From Candidatus Nanopelagicales bacterium (GTDB lineage Bacteria > Actinomycetota > Actinomycetes > S36-B12): a stretch of 64,000 nt of DNA. Under the pieces are notes generated by a model, which made no database searches, had not been told where the DNA came from, and saw nothing but the letters and a program-made list of their open reading frames with translations. The position numbers were made by a program, and so were the translations under genes. The DNA is taken from NCBI GenBank assembly GCA_017857175.1, contig JAFMDS010000005.1:1865-65864 (forward strand), written 5' to 3'. Of the stretch, positions 1 through 10,835 are shown piece after piece. Positions within the stretch are counted from its first letter, which is position 1. Every line of letters starts with the position of its first letter.

Positions 1-1105
1 TTGCAAGATCAACATTGAATGCATCGACCCTGGTACTCGGTAGCGACAATGATGTTTGGGTCTTCTCATACCGGTCTGCCAGATTTCGGGCGACATCAGC
101 GATTTCTGAGTGATCGGCGCTGGATAGCGACAAGAGCCCGACCTCTTCAAAGCCCGTCTTGCACAAACCATTTTCCACCATGTCCGCGATGCCGGTGATG
201 CTGCGCTCACGCACTGGTCTGGTAATCATGCCTGCCTGACAGAACCTGCACCCGCGGGTACACCCTCGGAAAATTTCAACGCTCATGCGCTCGTGAACTG
301 TTTCAGCGAGTGGCACAAGTGGTGCTTTGGGGTAGGGCCAAGCATCGAGGTCCATCAATGTGAACTTGGTAATCCTCCATGGAACGTCAGGGCGATTGGG
401 AACTACTCGTTGAATACGGCCGTCTGGCAGGTATTCGACGTCATAAAAACGTGGAACATAAATGCACCCCGTTTTGGCCAGTTCCAGGAGAACACCTTCA
501 CGGCCTCCGGGACGACCAGCAAGAATCCAGGTGCGCACGATTTCAGTGATTAAAAGTACTGCTTCTTCACCATCGCCCAGCACAGCAGCATCAATGAATT
601 GCGAGATTGGCTCGGGATTAAATGCGGCATGGCCACCAGCGATCACGATCGGATGCTCATCGCGCTGATCAGCGTGTAGTGGGATACCCGCAAGGTCGAG
701 AGCGGTCAACATGTTTGTGTAGCCAAGTTCAGTGCTAAATGACAACCCCAAGAGATCAAAGTCGCCAACACTTCGGTGGGCATCGACGGTGAATTGCGGC
801 ACACCGTTCTCGCGCATCAGTGTTTCGAGGTCAGGCCAGACGGCATATGTGCGTTCGGCCAGAACACGATTTTGTTCGTTGAGTACTTCATAGAGGATTT
901 GAACGCCTTGGTTGGGTGCACCTACTTCATAGGCATCCGGGTACATGAGAGCCCAGTGGACATCGGCGTCATTCCACTCTTTGGTCACCGCGTTGAGCTC
1001 GCCGCCAACGTATTGGATTGGCTTTCCCACAAAAGGAAGGAGCATTTCGAGCTCGCTAAAGACACTGTCGCCGCGAAGGCGGTGATCCAAGGCTTGGGAA
1101 GTCAT
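1..1105 (-). CDS. Radical SAM protein (large B12-binding-like/radical SAM fusion family), partial; C-terminus lies off the window
   Basis: Absent from the ORF track because no stop lies inside the window. My own minus-strand translation from ATG 1105-1103 gives MTSQALDHRLRGDSVFSELEMLLPFVGKPIQYVGGELN... and runs open to nt 1. It contains FRGCTRGCRFCQAGM (a CxxxCxxC 4Fe-4S/SAM motif) at about nt 230-270. Confidence 0.8.
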   Translation of the reverse strand, partial: MTSQALDHRLRGDSVFSELEMLLPFVGKPIQYVGGELNAVTKEWNDADVHWALMYPDAYEVGAPNQGVQILYEVLNEQNRVLAERTYAVWPDLETLMRENGVPQFTVDAHRSVGDFDLLGLSFSTELGYTNMLTALDLAGIPLHADQRDEHPIVIAGGHAAFNPEPISQFIDAAVLGDGEEAVLLITEIVRTWILAGRPGGREGVLLELAKTGCIYVPRFYDVEYLPDGRIQRVVPNRPDVPWRITKFTLMDLDAWPYPKAPLVPLAETVHERMSVEIFRGCTRGCRFCQAGMITRPVRERSITGIADMVENGLCKTGFEEVGLLSLSSADHSEIADVARNLADRYEKTQTSLSLPSTRVDAFNVDLA

Positions 1106-1136
1106 GCCGAAAGGTTACCCAACCCACAAACTTTCG

Positions 1137-2321
1137 CTACATGGCAGCACGAGCCTCATGCAAACGTACGGTTTGCAGCAGCCCAATTGCTATCCATACA
1201 GCCATCATTGACGTCCCACCCGCAGAAACAAAGGGCAGTGGAATACCTGTGATCGGCATAATGCCCAAGGTCATTCCGATATTTTCAAACATTTGGAAAG
1301 CAAGCCAAGCCAGTACGCCCGTCGCCACTAGGCGGCCATAGCGATCGTCGGCCTTCCAAGCGATAACCGCAGCGCGCCACAGGATTATTCCTAGGAGCGC
1401 AATGAGGAGAAATGAACCAATAAAACCGAGTTCCTCTCCGCTGACGGTAAAAATGAAATCGCTCTCGTTGACCGGGACAAACTTGCCTTGGGTCTGCGGC
1501 CCTTCGAATAAGCCCGCTCCACTCCACCCACCACCGCCAATTGCAATGCGTGCCTGATTAGCGTTATATGCGGTGGCGCCGATATCAGAATCAGGTGAAA
1601 TGAACGAAGTCAGCCGCGCTACTTGATACTCCTTGAGCAGCCCCAACTGAACGGCAATCAGGATTCCCATGACCGAACCACCAATCAGCCCGACAAGCCA
1701 GCGGGTTCGAACACCTGACACGGCAATAATCGAAACCGCAACGGATCCGAGAATGAGAACCGTTCCAGTGTCATTTTGAATCAAAATAATTCCAATGGGA
1801 ACAGCTGCCACGGCAAGCGCCAGTAGGACATCTCTGGCAGATGGCTCACTCTCGATATCAACTTTCTCGGAGAGCAATACCGACATCATTAAAATGACCG
1901 CAATCTTCATAAACTCGGATGGTTGCAAGGTGAATCCGCCGGGCACATCAATCCAGGCTCGGGCACCAGCGATGGTCACACCTACGCCTGGGATAAATGG
2001 CATGACGAGCAGTACGAGCGAGAGGCCATAAAGGATCGGTGTGTAAGCACGCAGCCAGCGATAATTCAGGCGCGATGCGATGTACCCCAATGCCAATGCG
2101 AGAGCCACGTTGATCAGGTGGCGTTTGAGGTAGGACTGCGGATCATTCTCGGATGCAAGATCGGCCCGACTCGCTGACCACACCAAGACCGATCCAAGTG
2201 TCGTGAGAGCAATGGCAGCAATGAGCAAAACCCAATCAATATCGCGCCAGTATGCAATCCTGCGATCGGCCTGTCCTGCCATGGGCGCGTCGTTGACGGT
2301 AGATGCGTAGAACCGCGCCAT
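1137..2321 (-). CDS. rodA: Rod shape-determining SEDS glycosyltransferase RodA
   Basis: 394-aa polytopic FtsW/RodA-family sequence (..NESDFIFTVSGEELGFIGS..). Its start overlaps the PBP2 stop, and it is the last gene of the mreBCD-pbp2-rodA block. Confidence 0.9.
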   Translation of the reverse strand: MARFYASTVNDAPMAGQADRRIAYWRDIDWVLLIAAIALTTLGSVLVWSASRADLASENDPQSYLKRHLINVALALALGYIASRLNYRWLRAYTPILYGLSLVLLVMPFIPGVGVTIAGARAWIDVPGGFTLQPSEFMKIAVILMMSVLLSEKVDIESEPSARDVLLALAVAAVPIGIILIQNDTGTVLILGSVAVSIIAVSGVRTRWLVGLIGGSVMGILIAVQLGLLKEYQVARLTSFISPDSDIGATAYNANQARIAIGGGGWSGAGLFEGPQTQGKFVPVNESDFIFTVSGEELGFIGSFLLIALLGIILWRAAVIAWKADDRYGRLVATGVLAWLAFQMFENIGMTLGIMPITGIPLPFVSAGGTSMMAVWIAIGLLQTVRLHEARAAM

Positions 2322-4465
2322 TAGTTGCTCGCTCCTCGTGCCGTCACTGTGCCCGACTCCTTGCCCTTGGGGGTCACGGCTGTGCCATCGGGGCGAATAA
2401 CAGGCAACTTCTTGGACGGTGTGCCATCAACCAGAACGCTGTTGCTCGGGTTCACTTTCGTGCCGTTTACTCCAAAGAGTGCTTCATAGATCTTTCGAAC
2501 ACTCGGTCCACTTGTCTTGGACCCCGTCCCACCTTGTGTGATCATCATGACGACGGCGTAGCGAGGTTTATTTGCAGGTGCATAAGACGCAAACCACGAA
2601 GTTGAAACTTTGTCGCCCGTTACCTGCGCAGAACCTGTCTTAGAAGCAACCGGAATTTGATCCAACGGAAAACCCAAGAACGGTGTTTTACCTGAGCCAT
2701 CAGATGTCACACCTGGTAACGTCTTTTTCAAGAAATTAATTGTTGACTTGGGAACATCAAGAGTTGACTTGACCACCGGCGTATTTCGCTCAACCACTGA
2801 GCCATCAGCAGCCATCACTGCTTTGACCAAACTTGGCTCGTACACGGTGCCACCGTTTGCAATAGCGGCATAAGCCATGGCCATCTGGAGCGGCGTGACT
2901 GCTGTATCTCCCTGACCGATGGCCGCATTGAGCGCATCACCTTCGCGCCAACGGAAACCGTCGGCGCAGTTTTCCTTGTCCAGAGCTGTGAAATAGTCGG
3001 CCAACTTCGGATCCGTTTTTCGAGTTTCAGGGTAGCCTGCAACCGCGTTAGCGCACCAAGTGTCACGCTTGGCTTCCCAGTTTTGAACCTTGAATGCACG
3101 TGAAGAAACACGACCCGAAGACTCACCCGGCAAGTCAATCCCAGTGGCGCTACCAAATCCAAACATTTGGGCTGCCTCTGCGATTGGATCAGGCGAGTCG
3201 CGTGTTCCATCATTTCCACCCGCTTGCTCCCACATGCGGTCAGCAATGCCATAGAAAACTGTGTTGCACGAAACCTCTAGGGCGCGGGCCAAACTAATTC
3301 GACCGTATGCCGACGACTCGTAATTTCTAAAGACCTGAGTTCCAAGTTTCACATTCTTGGGGCAGCTGTAATCTGAATAGAGCGAATATCCTTCTTTGCC
3401 TGCCGCCGCAGTGCTCACGACTTTGTAGGTTGACCCTGGAGCGAACAAACCCTGTGTGGCATTGGATGACAATGAATCACTCTTGATCAAGGACTTGTAC
3501 TGCTTCTGAGTTACACCGCCAACCCAAATACTCGGGTCATAGGTGGGATAACTAGCCATCGCAAGGATATGACCGTTACGCACATCAACAACTACCGCGG
3601 CGCCTGAATCGCCTGGGTAACCTTGCGCCTGCGCTCGCTGAACAGCCGAAACCAACTGCTTTTCCACCACCGACTGCAATTTGGCGTCAATCGTTGAAAC
3701 CAAATAGTTCCCCGCAACCGCAGGCAACTGATCTAATGTCCCCGTGACTTGACCTGAGGTGTCGACTTCAAGTGTTGTCACACTGGGCTTTCCACGCAAT
3801 TGTTCATCGTAAAATTTTTCAAGTCCAGACCGCCCGACCACATCAGTCTTGCGCAAACGATCAAATGCATCACTGCCTTCTTGCTGCGCCAACTGTTCCT
3901 CGGTCACAGGCCCCAAGTAACCCAGAATATGCGCGGCATTTACTCCGAAGGGAGCGCTGTATTCGCGCACTGCTTCGAGCTTTGCAGAAACACCTGGATA
4001 CTCCGACCGCTTCTCCATGATGGTGAGCGCCGTTTGCGCATCAACATCCGTGGCAACCGGCACTACCTGATAGGTCGAGCCATTCCAGCAAATTGGTGGC
4101 TTGGGGGCCCCTTCAGTGCCGCACGGCATGAGGCGCTCCGAAATCGAATCGGGCGTCACACCTAGTATCTTGGCCAATCGACTCAAGACTTTTTCACCGT
4201 CATCAGCCTCAGAACGCAATTCTTGCCTGTCAATGGTCACGACGATGGACGTTCTATTGGAAACCAATGGACGACCTGCTTGATCGAGGATCAGTCCGCG
4301 CACTGCTGGATCAACAACCTCACGAACGGTGTTGTTCGCTGCCGCAACCCGATATTCCTCACCCGTTACAACTTGGAGGTAGAAAAGACGGGCAACAAGA
4401 GTCGCAAGGAGGGAAAAAATTAGGATTCCAAGGATGGCAAGGCGCAGGTTTGAACGATCGGTCAC
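2321..4465 (-). CDS. mrdA: Penicillin-binding protein 2 (elongasome class B transpeptidase)
   Basis: N-terminal TM anchor. Transpeptidase motifs are SxxK (STYK), SxN (SCN) and KTG (KTGSA). GTG start with a GGAGG RBS 5 nt upstream. Confidence 0.9.
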   Translation of the reverse strand: MTDRSNLRLAILGILIFSLLATLVARLFYLQVVTGEEYRVAAANNTVREVVDPAVRGLILDQAGRPLVSNRTSIVVTIDRQELRSEADDGEKVLSRLAKILGVTPDSISERLMPCGTEGAPKPPICWNGSTYQVVPVATDVDAQTALTIMEKRSEYPGVSAKLEAVREYSAPFGVNAAHILGYLGPVTEEQLAQQEGSDAFDRLRKTDVVGRSGLEKFYDEQLRGKPSVTTLEVDTSGQVTGTLDQLPAVAGNYLVSTIDAKLQSVVEKQLVSAVQRAQAQGYPGDSGAAVVVDVRNGHILAMASYPTYDPSIWVGGVTQKQYKSLIKSDSLSSNATQGLFAPGSTYKVVSTAAAGKEGYSLYSDYSCPKNVKLGTQVFRNYESSAYGRISLARALEVSCNTVFYGIADRMWEQAGGNDGTRDSPDPIAEAAQMFGFGSATGIDLPGESSGRVSSRAFKVQNWEAKRDTWCANAVAGYPETRKTDPKLADYFTALDKENCADGFRWREGDALNAAIGQGDTAVTPLQMAMAYAAIANGGTVYEPSLVKAVMAADGSVVERNTPVVKSTLDVPKSTINFLKKTLPGVTSDGSGKTPFLGFPLDQIPVASKTGSAQVTGDKVSTSWFASYAPANKPRYAVVMMITQGGTGSKTSGPSVRKIYEALFGVNGTKVNPSNSVLVDGTPSKKLPVIRPDGTAVTPKGKESGTVTARGASN

Positions 4466-4622
4466 CTAACCTCCTTGTGGGTTCGACCTCTGGGTGAAAT
4501 CTACGACGCCACCCACTGTGCGAGGCTCCATTATGCGCATATGCGCTCTCACCCGATGGGATCGCCATGAAGCGCAAAGTGGGCCACCCTGCTCAGACGC
4601 GGCCCAAGCCCCACGCGTTCCC

Positions 4623-5135
4623 TCAGGAAAAGGACATTTCGGGTGTTACCTTCTTGACCAGCCACCCTACGAACGGGACAACGATCGGCGTGAGTAGTAA
4701 GCCGTACAGGGCAGCACTCAAGGTGATCCAGGGAACCTCCGCCCAGTTCACCCTTGATCCCCCCAACAATGTGTCCACCGCAGCGGTGGCAAATGCCGCG
4801 CCCCCTGTACTGAGCGAGGTGATGCCCATGATGATGATCAAAGTTCGATCCCGTGGGTCAACCCAATACCCAGCGATGAAGCCTATGACTAAATAAATGA
4901 TTGCGTTGACGCCCACCAACGTGTCAGATGGTGGGGATAAGTCAATCAGCACTCCAGCTGCAAACCCTGCACTTGCTCCCTGCAATGGGCCCATGGCTAG
5001 TGCAATGGCAACCACAGTCACAACGACAAGGTCTGGGGTAGCACCGGGAATGCCTAATCGACTGAGCAGGGTTAACTCCACCACCACCGCAATAAAGATG
5101 CAGGTCCCAATAACAATCCCCTGACGATAGATCAC
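4623..5135 (-). CDS. mreD: Rod shape-determining protein MreD
   Basis: 170-aa protein with about 5 TM segments, immediately after mreC, in the expected gene order. Confidence 0.8.
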   Translation of the reverse strand: MIYRQGIVIGTCIFIAVVVELTLLSRLGIPGATPDLVVVTVVAIALAMGPLQGASAGFAAGVLIDLSPPSDTLVGVNAIIYLVIGFIAGYWVDPRDRTLIIIMGITSLSTGGAAFATAAVDTLLGGSRVNWAEVPWITLSAALYGLLLTPIVVPFVGWLVKKVTPEMSFS

Positions 5136-5143
5136 GAGTCGAC

Positions 5144-6133
5144 CTAGTTCCCAGGTTCCGCAGGTGCCGGAGTTGCAGCTTTTTCATCCTCTTGGACTAC
5201 TTCTGGTTTAGATGTTGCGTCGGGAGTTGGGTCCGTTGTTTGGGGTGCAACTGGCGCCCGAGTTGGTGCTACGGCGGGTGCACTCGGCAAAACTGAATCT
5301 CTCGGGTCCTCGCGTGGTGGTCGTACGACCACACCAACGACACTCAATTGTGAAACATCGGCGTAGGGACTGACTGTCGCAACGCGCGCAAGTGCCCCAG
5401 CGGTTCCCGAGACATCGACTACCTCACCGATGGGCAGACCGGGAGCAAAGGGGCGCCCACCTTTTGACCCAAAGGTGACGATTGCATCGCCAGCATTTAC
5501 TTCACCGAGTGGATCAAGCAGTTGGAACTGCAGTGAATTCTGTCGCCCCGTGCCCGACACGATCCCTATTTCCTGCGAACCGGCAACGCGCCCGCCAACT
5601 GAAGACTCTGGGTCAACCAGTAATACAACGGTCGCTGTGCTGTTGTACACCTTGAGAACTCGGCCCACCAATCCATCGCCATTAATAACCGTCATGTCTT
5701 CCTCGACACCGTCGAGTGTTCCAGCATCAATAGTGACCGTCCAAGAAAAATCCTGTGCAGGGCCAACGGCGATAACTTCAGCAGGCACAACCCTGTAACG
5801 ACCCACACTGGCCACTCGGAGCAGAGCATCCAATTCATTTGCGCGCGCGATGTCATTCTCTGCCTCGACAAGTTGAGTGCTCAACAACGCATTGTCGTCT
5901 GTCAACGTTCTAATCTGCCCGGATTGATCAACCTGCGTACCCCACCACTCACTAAAACCTGTCACCGGGGAGAAGACTGTCGCCGCGCCTCTTTGAACCC
6001 CACCGAGGACAGAACTCACAGCTGCACGCGCACTGGAAAATGGACCGTCTCCCCCACGCAAATCAAGAATGACAAAAGTGAGTGACGCAACAACGAGTGT
6101 TGCCAAAATGATCTTTGTTCGACGCGACAGCAT
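5144..6133 (-). CDS. mreC: Rod shape-determining protein MreC
   Basis: N-terminal TM, a coiled-coil segment (LLSTQLVEAENDIARANELDALL), beta-rich domains and a Pro/Ala/Thr-rich tail. It lies 2 nt after the mreB stop. Confidence 0.88.
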   Translation of the reverse strand: MLSRRTKIILATLVVASLTFVILDLRGGDGPFSSARAAVSSVLGGVQRGAATVFSPVTGFSEWWGTQVDQSGQIRTLTDDNALLSTQLVEAENDIARANELDALLRVASVGRYRVVPAEVIAVGPAQDFSWTVTIDAGTLDGVEEDMTVINGDGLVGRVLKVYNSTATVVLLVDPESSVGGRVAGSQEIGIVSGTGRQNSLQFQLLDPLGEVNAGDAIVTFGSKGGRPFAPGLPIGEVVDVSGTAGALARVATVSPYADVSQLSVVGVVVRPPREDPRDSVLPSAPAVAPTRAPVAPQTTDPTPDATSKPEVVQEDEKAATPAPAEPGN

Positions 6134-6135
6134 TG

Positions 6136-7173
6136 TTACCTGCGCGGTTCAGACACCAGCACCTGTTGCAGTGCATCAAATTCCTCAACGCATTTGCCCG
6201 AGCCCAAGGCAACACAGTCGAGTGGCCGATCAGCAATAACGATCGGCATTCCAGTTTCATGGCGAAGCCGTTCATCGAGACCTGTGAGCAGGGCGCCACC
6301 ACCCGTGAGCACAATGCCACGATCCATGATGTCACCTGAAAGTTCCGGTGGTGTGCGATCCAATGTTGACTTGACTGCATTGACGATTGCATTAACTGGT
6401 TCATCGATTGCCCTACGAACTTCCTCAGCGGAGACAACAATTGTTCGAGGCAATCCCGTGATCAAATCGCGGCCACGAATTTCAGCGTGTGGTTCATCTG
6501 GCATGGGGAACGCAGAACCAATGGCAATCTTTATTTCTTCAGCCGTTCGTTCACCCAGCAGCAGGGAGTATTCCTTTTTGATGTACTGGATGATGGCGTT
6601 GTCGAGTTCATCGCCACCAACGCGAACTGACAAACTCGTGACGATTCCGCCAAGGGAAATAACGGCAACTTCAGAGGTGCCACCACCAATGTCGACAACC
6701 ATGTTGCCTGTTGGTTCATGCACGGGCAAACCCGCACCAATTGCTGCAGCCATAGGTTCTTCGATGATAAAAACTTTACGAGCACCTGCTGCATAGCCCG
6801 CGTCCTTCACCGCGCGTTGCTCAACACCCGTAATACCTGAGGGCACACAAACAATGAGCCGCGGCTTTGCCAAATGCCGACGACGATGCACCTTTTGAAT
6901 AAAGTAGCGCAACATGCGCTCGGTAGTGTCAAAGTCTGCGATCACGCCATCTTTTAGAGGTCTAATGGCGACAATGTTTCCTGGGGTTCGTCCAATCATC
7001 TGCTTGGCTTCGGATCCCACCGCGAGGATGCCGCCTGACGTGCTGTTAATCGCGACCACGGAGGGCTCGTTCAGAACAATTCCACGACCCCGCACGTAGA
7101 CCAGAGTATTTGCCGTTCCAAGGTCAACCGCCATATCGCGGCCAACAAATGAGGAACTTGCGGCAAAACTCAC
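6136..7173 (-). CDS. mreB: Actin-like rod shape-determining protein MreB
   Basis: [25 protein letters not shown] and the rest match the MreB family. I moved the start to GTG 7173, which has a TGGAGG RBS 7 nt upstream. The track start at 7245 adds 24 non-conserved residues. Confidence 0.93.
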   Translation of the reverse strand: MSFAASSSFVGRDMAVDLGTANTLVYVRGRGIVLNEPSVVAINSTSGGILAVGSEAKQMIGRTPGNIVAIRPLKDGVIADFDTTERMLRYFIQKVHRRRHLAKPRLIVCVPSGITGVEQRAVKDAGYAAGARKVFIIEEPMAAAIGAGLPVHEPTGNMVVDIGGGTSEVAVISLGGIVTSLSVRVGGDELDNAIIQYIKKEYSLLLGERTAEEIKIAIGSAFPMPDEPHAEIRGRDLITGLPRTIVVSAEEVRRAIDEPVNAIVNAVKSTLDRTPPELSGDIMDRGIVLTGGGALLTGLDERLRHETGMPIVIADRPLDCVALGSGKCVEEFDALQQVLVSEPRR

Positions 7174-7254
7174 TCTGATACCTCCAATCGGCCGGGGAAG
7201 GGACACGACAGTCGCGGAGGCAGGCGCCTTGCGAACTCTGCCCAATGGTAGCCC

Positions 7255-8601
7255 TCAGGCAAGGGGTTCAATCCTTTGGGCGCGCGCGACCTCTGCCCTG
7301 CGTAATTGAACCTCTAGCAGGTGCGACTGGTCAGGTGTCGGGTCGAAACCGAATGCACGCGTGGCCACAACACCCAAATCTGCTCGATAATCATGACCCA
7401 AACTCTGGAAATCACCAGGTTTCACGTCGGTGGCAAAGATCGTATCCACGAGAACCGTCGCCCAAGTTACCCAAGGCAACCAGGCCATGGCTTCAGGAAT
7501 ATTGCGACCTCGGGGGGGCGCGGCCAACCAGTAGGGCTTGCTCCACGCGATCTCTGGTCGAAAGCGAACAACCGGATCTCCATCATGTTCAAGGAACCAC
7601 ACGCGAAAATCTGCACCCTCGGGGATGAGTTCCGGTCGGTCGATGGTGATGGAATCATTGGAGCAAAGCAGGTGGAATGCATCGGAGACTTTGCCTCCCG
7701 GTGTCCCCACCCACAGCGCTCGATCAATGCCAAATCGATCAAGATCAACGCTGCCGAGTGGCACCGCATACTGCTGAACCTTGGCGCCAAGACTCTCGCC
7801 ATACAGCAAGAGCCGTGGAAACGACTTACCTGCCCGTTCACGCGCGAGTCTTTGCTCCGCGATGCCATCAAGGAGTGCGCGCTGTGTTTGCCCTGCAAGT
7901 TCGACTTTGGTGAGTGAAAGAAAACTCGGCAGGAATCCATAGGAGATTGCAACACTGGCGCAGTTTCCACCAGAGAGTATTTCAAGAACATCTATCGGAG
8001 TTGAGTTTGCATATCCTGATCCAGCCGGTGCTTGAATGAGTAGGTATTCGCGGTCAAAGGCTTCTGTGCGTACTAGCTCCCTCAATGCGAGGTCAACGCG
8101 CGCCGCAATGGACTGCGCATTGGCCACACTGACATAGGCCCGAATCGGATCCATTGTGCGATCAATCCCCACGGCCAAAGAATCGCCGGCCGTGGTCACA
8201 CTGTGAACAAATCTGGCACCCTCCCTACCGATTTCTGGGTAATCCACTAATGAATCGGCACTGCCGCTCACATGGGGATGAACTGGAGCCTCGACCAATG
8301 CCGAATCTAATTGCGCGCCCTCACTGGCAATGGATGCAAGTTGTTTGCGCGCGAAAAAGTAACCGGCCGTGCCTGCGACCAATAAACCCGCTGTTGCATA
8401 GGTGACATGTCTGGCCCGCATGCGTGGAGCCCCAGAAACCGCAGCTGTTGTCGCACCCGAAATCGACCCAATAACTATGGGGAATGCCCTACGCACCGAA
8501 TCCGGCCAAGGCACAAGACTTTGTCCCTTGGATGTGATCGCCGTTGTAGCACCGGCGGTGAGTGCACTGGTGAGCCCAGCGATCCACGGCGAGGTGCGCA
8601 A
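7255..8601 (-). CDS. Membrane-anchored alpha/beta-hydrolase family protein (Abhydrolase_9-like)
   Basis: N-terminal TM helices followed by a hydrolase fold with a GxSxG nucleophile elbow (YGESLGA). The family assignment is from memory of similar actinobacterial proteins. Confidence 0.6.
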   Translation of the reverse strand: MRTSPWIAGLTSALTAGATTAITSKGQSLVPWPDSVRRAFPIVIGSISGATTAAVSGAPRMRARHVTYATAGLLVAGTAGYFFARKQLASIASEGAQLDSALVEAPVHPHVSGSADSLVDYPEIGREGARFVHSVTTAGDSLAVGIDRTMDPIRAYVSVANAQSIAARVDLALRELVRTEAFDREYLLIQAPAGSGYANSTPIDVLEILSGGNCASVAISYGFLPSFLSLTKVELAGQTQRALLDGIAEQRLARERAGKSFPRLLLYGESLGAKVQQYAVPLGSVDLDRFGIDRALWVGTPGGKVSDAFHLLCSNDSITIDRPELIPEGADFRVWFLEHDGDPVVRFRPEIAWSKPYWLAAPPRGRNIPEAMAWLPWVTWATVLVDTIFATDVKPGDFQSLGHDYRADLGVVATRAFGFDPTPDQSHLLEVQLRRAEVARAQRIEPLA

Positions 8602-8602
8602 A

Positions 8603-9016
8603 TTACTTGCTCAGGTTGGGAAAGAACAAAGCGATTTCGCGCGCTGCTGACTCTGGTGAGTCCGAACCGTGCGTCACATTGTTTTGCATCTCCGTTGCAA
8701 GATCCCCGCGAATAGTTCCCGGAGTTGCGGCAACTGGATTGGTGGCGCCCATCATGGTGCGCCACTGCGAAATTGCATCGGGCCCTTCAATGACTGCGGC
8801 TACAAGTGGTCCGCCAGTAATGAACTCAACAAGATCCTTGAAAAATGGTTTATCCGCGTGCTCCCCATAATGGGTTTCAGCAACCTCAACAGAAACGTTC
8901 ATGAGTTCAAGCGCAGCAAATGTGAACCCTTTGCGCTCAATCCGAGCAACGACCTCACCGATCAATCCACGGGCAACGCCGTCTGGCTTGATCAATACGA
9001 GGGTGCGTTCAGACAT
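8603..9016 (-). CDS. ndk: Nucleoside diphosphate kinase
   Basis: [14 protein letters not shown]... and the NVTHGSDS active-site His motif. ATG at 9016 is preceded by an AAGGAG RBS. The longer track ORF (to 9064) is rejected. Confidence 0.95.
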   Translation of the reverse strand: MSERTLVLIKPDGVARGLIGEVVARIERKGFTFAALELMNVSVEVAETHYGEHADKPFFKDLVEFITGGPLVAAVIEGPDAISQWRTMMGATNPVAATPGTIRGDLATEMQNNVTHGSDSPESAAREIALFFPNLSK

Positions 9017-9095
9017 GGGGACTCCTTTGTGAATGTGATTGCGAAGTGTGTAAATGCGTGTCACTTCTTACTGTGTGCCCTCCGATGGTAGGGGC

Positions 9096-9431
9096 TCACC
9101 CTTCTGTCGCTTCACCCAACTCCCGCGCCCTGTCCACGCGGGTGCCATTTTTGACGGCGAAGTACCAGAGAATTGCGAAAATCCCTCCCACAACGAACAT
9201 GGTCGGGACGATGAACCCCGATGCGATGGCGAAACCTTGAACAATCCAGCCCAATGGGATGGCGATTGGTTTGGTGATTATCCCGATGATGACGAACATG
9301 AAGAACGCAACACCGAAACCAACTCCAATGGCAAGCCCCGCATTCACATTAGCGTTATTGACGGCAATCGGGATGGCCAACAAAATCACAATTGCCTCAA
9401 GCGCCAACACGCTGGACCCAAGGACTCTCAT
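9096..9431 (-). CDS. DUF4233 family small membrane protein
   Basis: 111 aa with 3-4 TM segments. It sits in the conserved position between folC and ndk seen in many Actinomycetota (recalled), and overlaps the folC stop by 4 nt. Confidence 0.7.
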   Translation of the reverse strand: MRVLGSSVLALEAIVILLAIPIAVNNANVNAGLAIGVGFGVAFFMFVIIGIITKPIAIPLGWIVQGFAIASGFIVPTMFVVGGIFAILWYFAVKNGTRVDRARELGEATEG

Positions 9432-10783
9432 GACTGGATTTTCTTATCGATGGCCCTGAGTACGTCACCAACAAGCACGACAGAACCTGTTACAACGACT
9501 CCCATGCCTGAGTATTCACCAGACTGATCTGCCAAATTAATGGCGAGGTCCAAGGCATGTGGAGCAGATTCGGCTTCACTGACTTTTTGGTCGCCCAGAA
9601 TTTCCCTGGCAATGCGGGCAAGATCCCGGACTGGAAGCGCTCTGGGTGATTGGGGTTGCGTGACGATCGCGTGACTGATCACGGGCGCAAGACTCTCAAC
9701 GAAACCGACAGCATCCTTGTCGCCCAAAAGTCCGATCACGGCGATCACTCCGACAAAGTCAAAGGAACTTTCCAGCGCTGCACGAAGTGCACGAGCACCA
9801 TGTGGGTTATGGGCAACGTCAACCAGCACCGTTGGGCCTGATCGAATAATTTCCAGTCGCCCTGCCGATGTCACAGAGGCAAATCCTTCTCGCACTGCGT
9901 CGATGTCCAAAGGCTCCGATGAGGATGCACCCAAGAAGGACTCACATGCGGCCAGTGCCATGGCAGCATTAACACCTTGATGCTCACCAAAGAGTGGCAA
10001 GAAAATTTCGTTATAGGTTCCTCGCAGACCATGCAGGTTGAGAAGCTGCCCACCAACGGCCAGGTTCTGCGCATCAATCCCGAACTCCACTGCAAATCGG
10101 GATGGAATGATTCCCGCCGACACGCATTTCGCCATCAGGATCGATGCCGCCGCGGGCATTTGAGGGCCAAGTACCGCAGCACTTGAGTTCTGAATGATCC
10201 CCGCTTTTTCAGCAGCGATGAGCTCGATCGTGTCACCGAGATATTCCTGATGATCCAAATCAATGGGTGTCACCACCGCAACTGCCGGCTGACAGATGCT
10301 GGTTGCATCCCATGTTCCACCCAATCCAACCTCAATAATCGCAACATCGACCGGTGCATCGGCAAACACTGAGTAGGCCAATGTTGTGAGTGCCTCGAAA
10401 TACGACATTCGGGGTCCACCGTCTGCGACCGAATTGGAATCGACCACATCTATATAAGGTGCAATTTCATTCCATACTTCAACAGCCCGCGCAGCCGCAA
10501 TTGGCTCACCATTGATTTGGATGCGTTCTGTGGGATCCACCAGATGCGGAGAGGTGAATAGTCCGGTGCGCAATCCAAATGAGCGCAGGACCGATTCGAC
10601 CATGCGTGCCGTGGAACTCTTGCCGTTGGTTCCAGCAATCTGAATCACCGGATACGTCAATTGCGGGTCATTGAGAAGCGCGGCAGCCGAGGCCATCCGC
10701 GTTAGCGATGGCTCAATAATGTTCTCGGGCCACCGGGAATCAAGTTGGCTCCACAGGTCCTCAGGGGTTAGGGCAACAGGCAT
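9428..10783 (-). CDS. folC: Bifunctional folylpolyglutamate synthase / dihydrofolate synthase
   Basis: Mur-ligase family P-loop (AGTNGKSST) and overall FolC-like sequence. Confidence 0.9.
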   Translation of the reverse strand: MPVALTPEDLWSQLDSRWPENIIEPSLTRMASAAALLNDPQLTYPVIQIAGTNGKSSTARMVESVLRSFGLRTGLFTSPHLVDPTERIQINGEPIAAARAVEVWNEIAPYIDVVDSNSVADGGPRMSYFEALTTLAYSVFADAPVDVAIIEVGLGGTWDATSICQPAVAVVTPIDLDHQEYLGDTIELIAAEKAGIIQNSSAAVLGPQMPAAASILMAKCVSAGIIPSRFAVEFGIDAQNLAVGGQLLNLHGLRGTYNEIFLPLFGEHQGVNAAMALAACESFLGASSSEPLDIDAVREGFASVTSAGRLEIIRSGPTVLVDVAHNPHGARALRAALESSFDFVGVIAVIGLLGDKDAVGFVESLAPVISHAIVTQPQSPRALPVRDLARIAREILGDQKVSEAESAPHALDLAINLADQSGEYSGMGVVVTGSVVLVGDVLRAIDKKIQS

Positions 10784-10835
10784 GCTGGCAGTCTAAGGCG
10801 ATCGGCTCACTGTGGCCTCAATAGACTTCGTGACC

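Noticed and set aside
776-1252. A 158-aa plus-strand ORF, and many similar ORFs in the track (for example 6194-6796 +, 19367-19891 +, 20832-21413 -, 50536-51096 -, 57139-57777 -, 62304-62702 -).
   Set aside because: They lie antisense to, or out of frame within, genes with clear family signatures. They have no RBS and have odd Arg/Ser/Pro-rich composition typical of shadow ORFs in GC-rich DNA.
4535-4546. The palindrome GCGCATATGCGC in the 157-nt mreD-pbp2 gap.
   Set aside because: It is a single short palindrome with no partner site or recognisable motif. It could arise by chance and is not worth a regulatory call.
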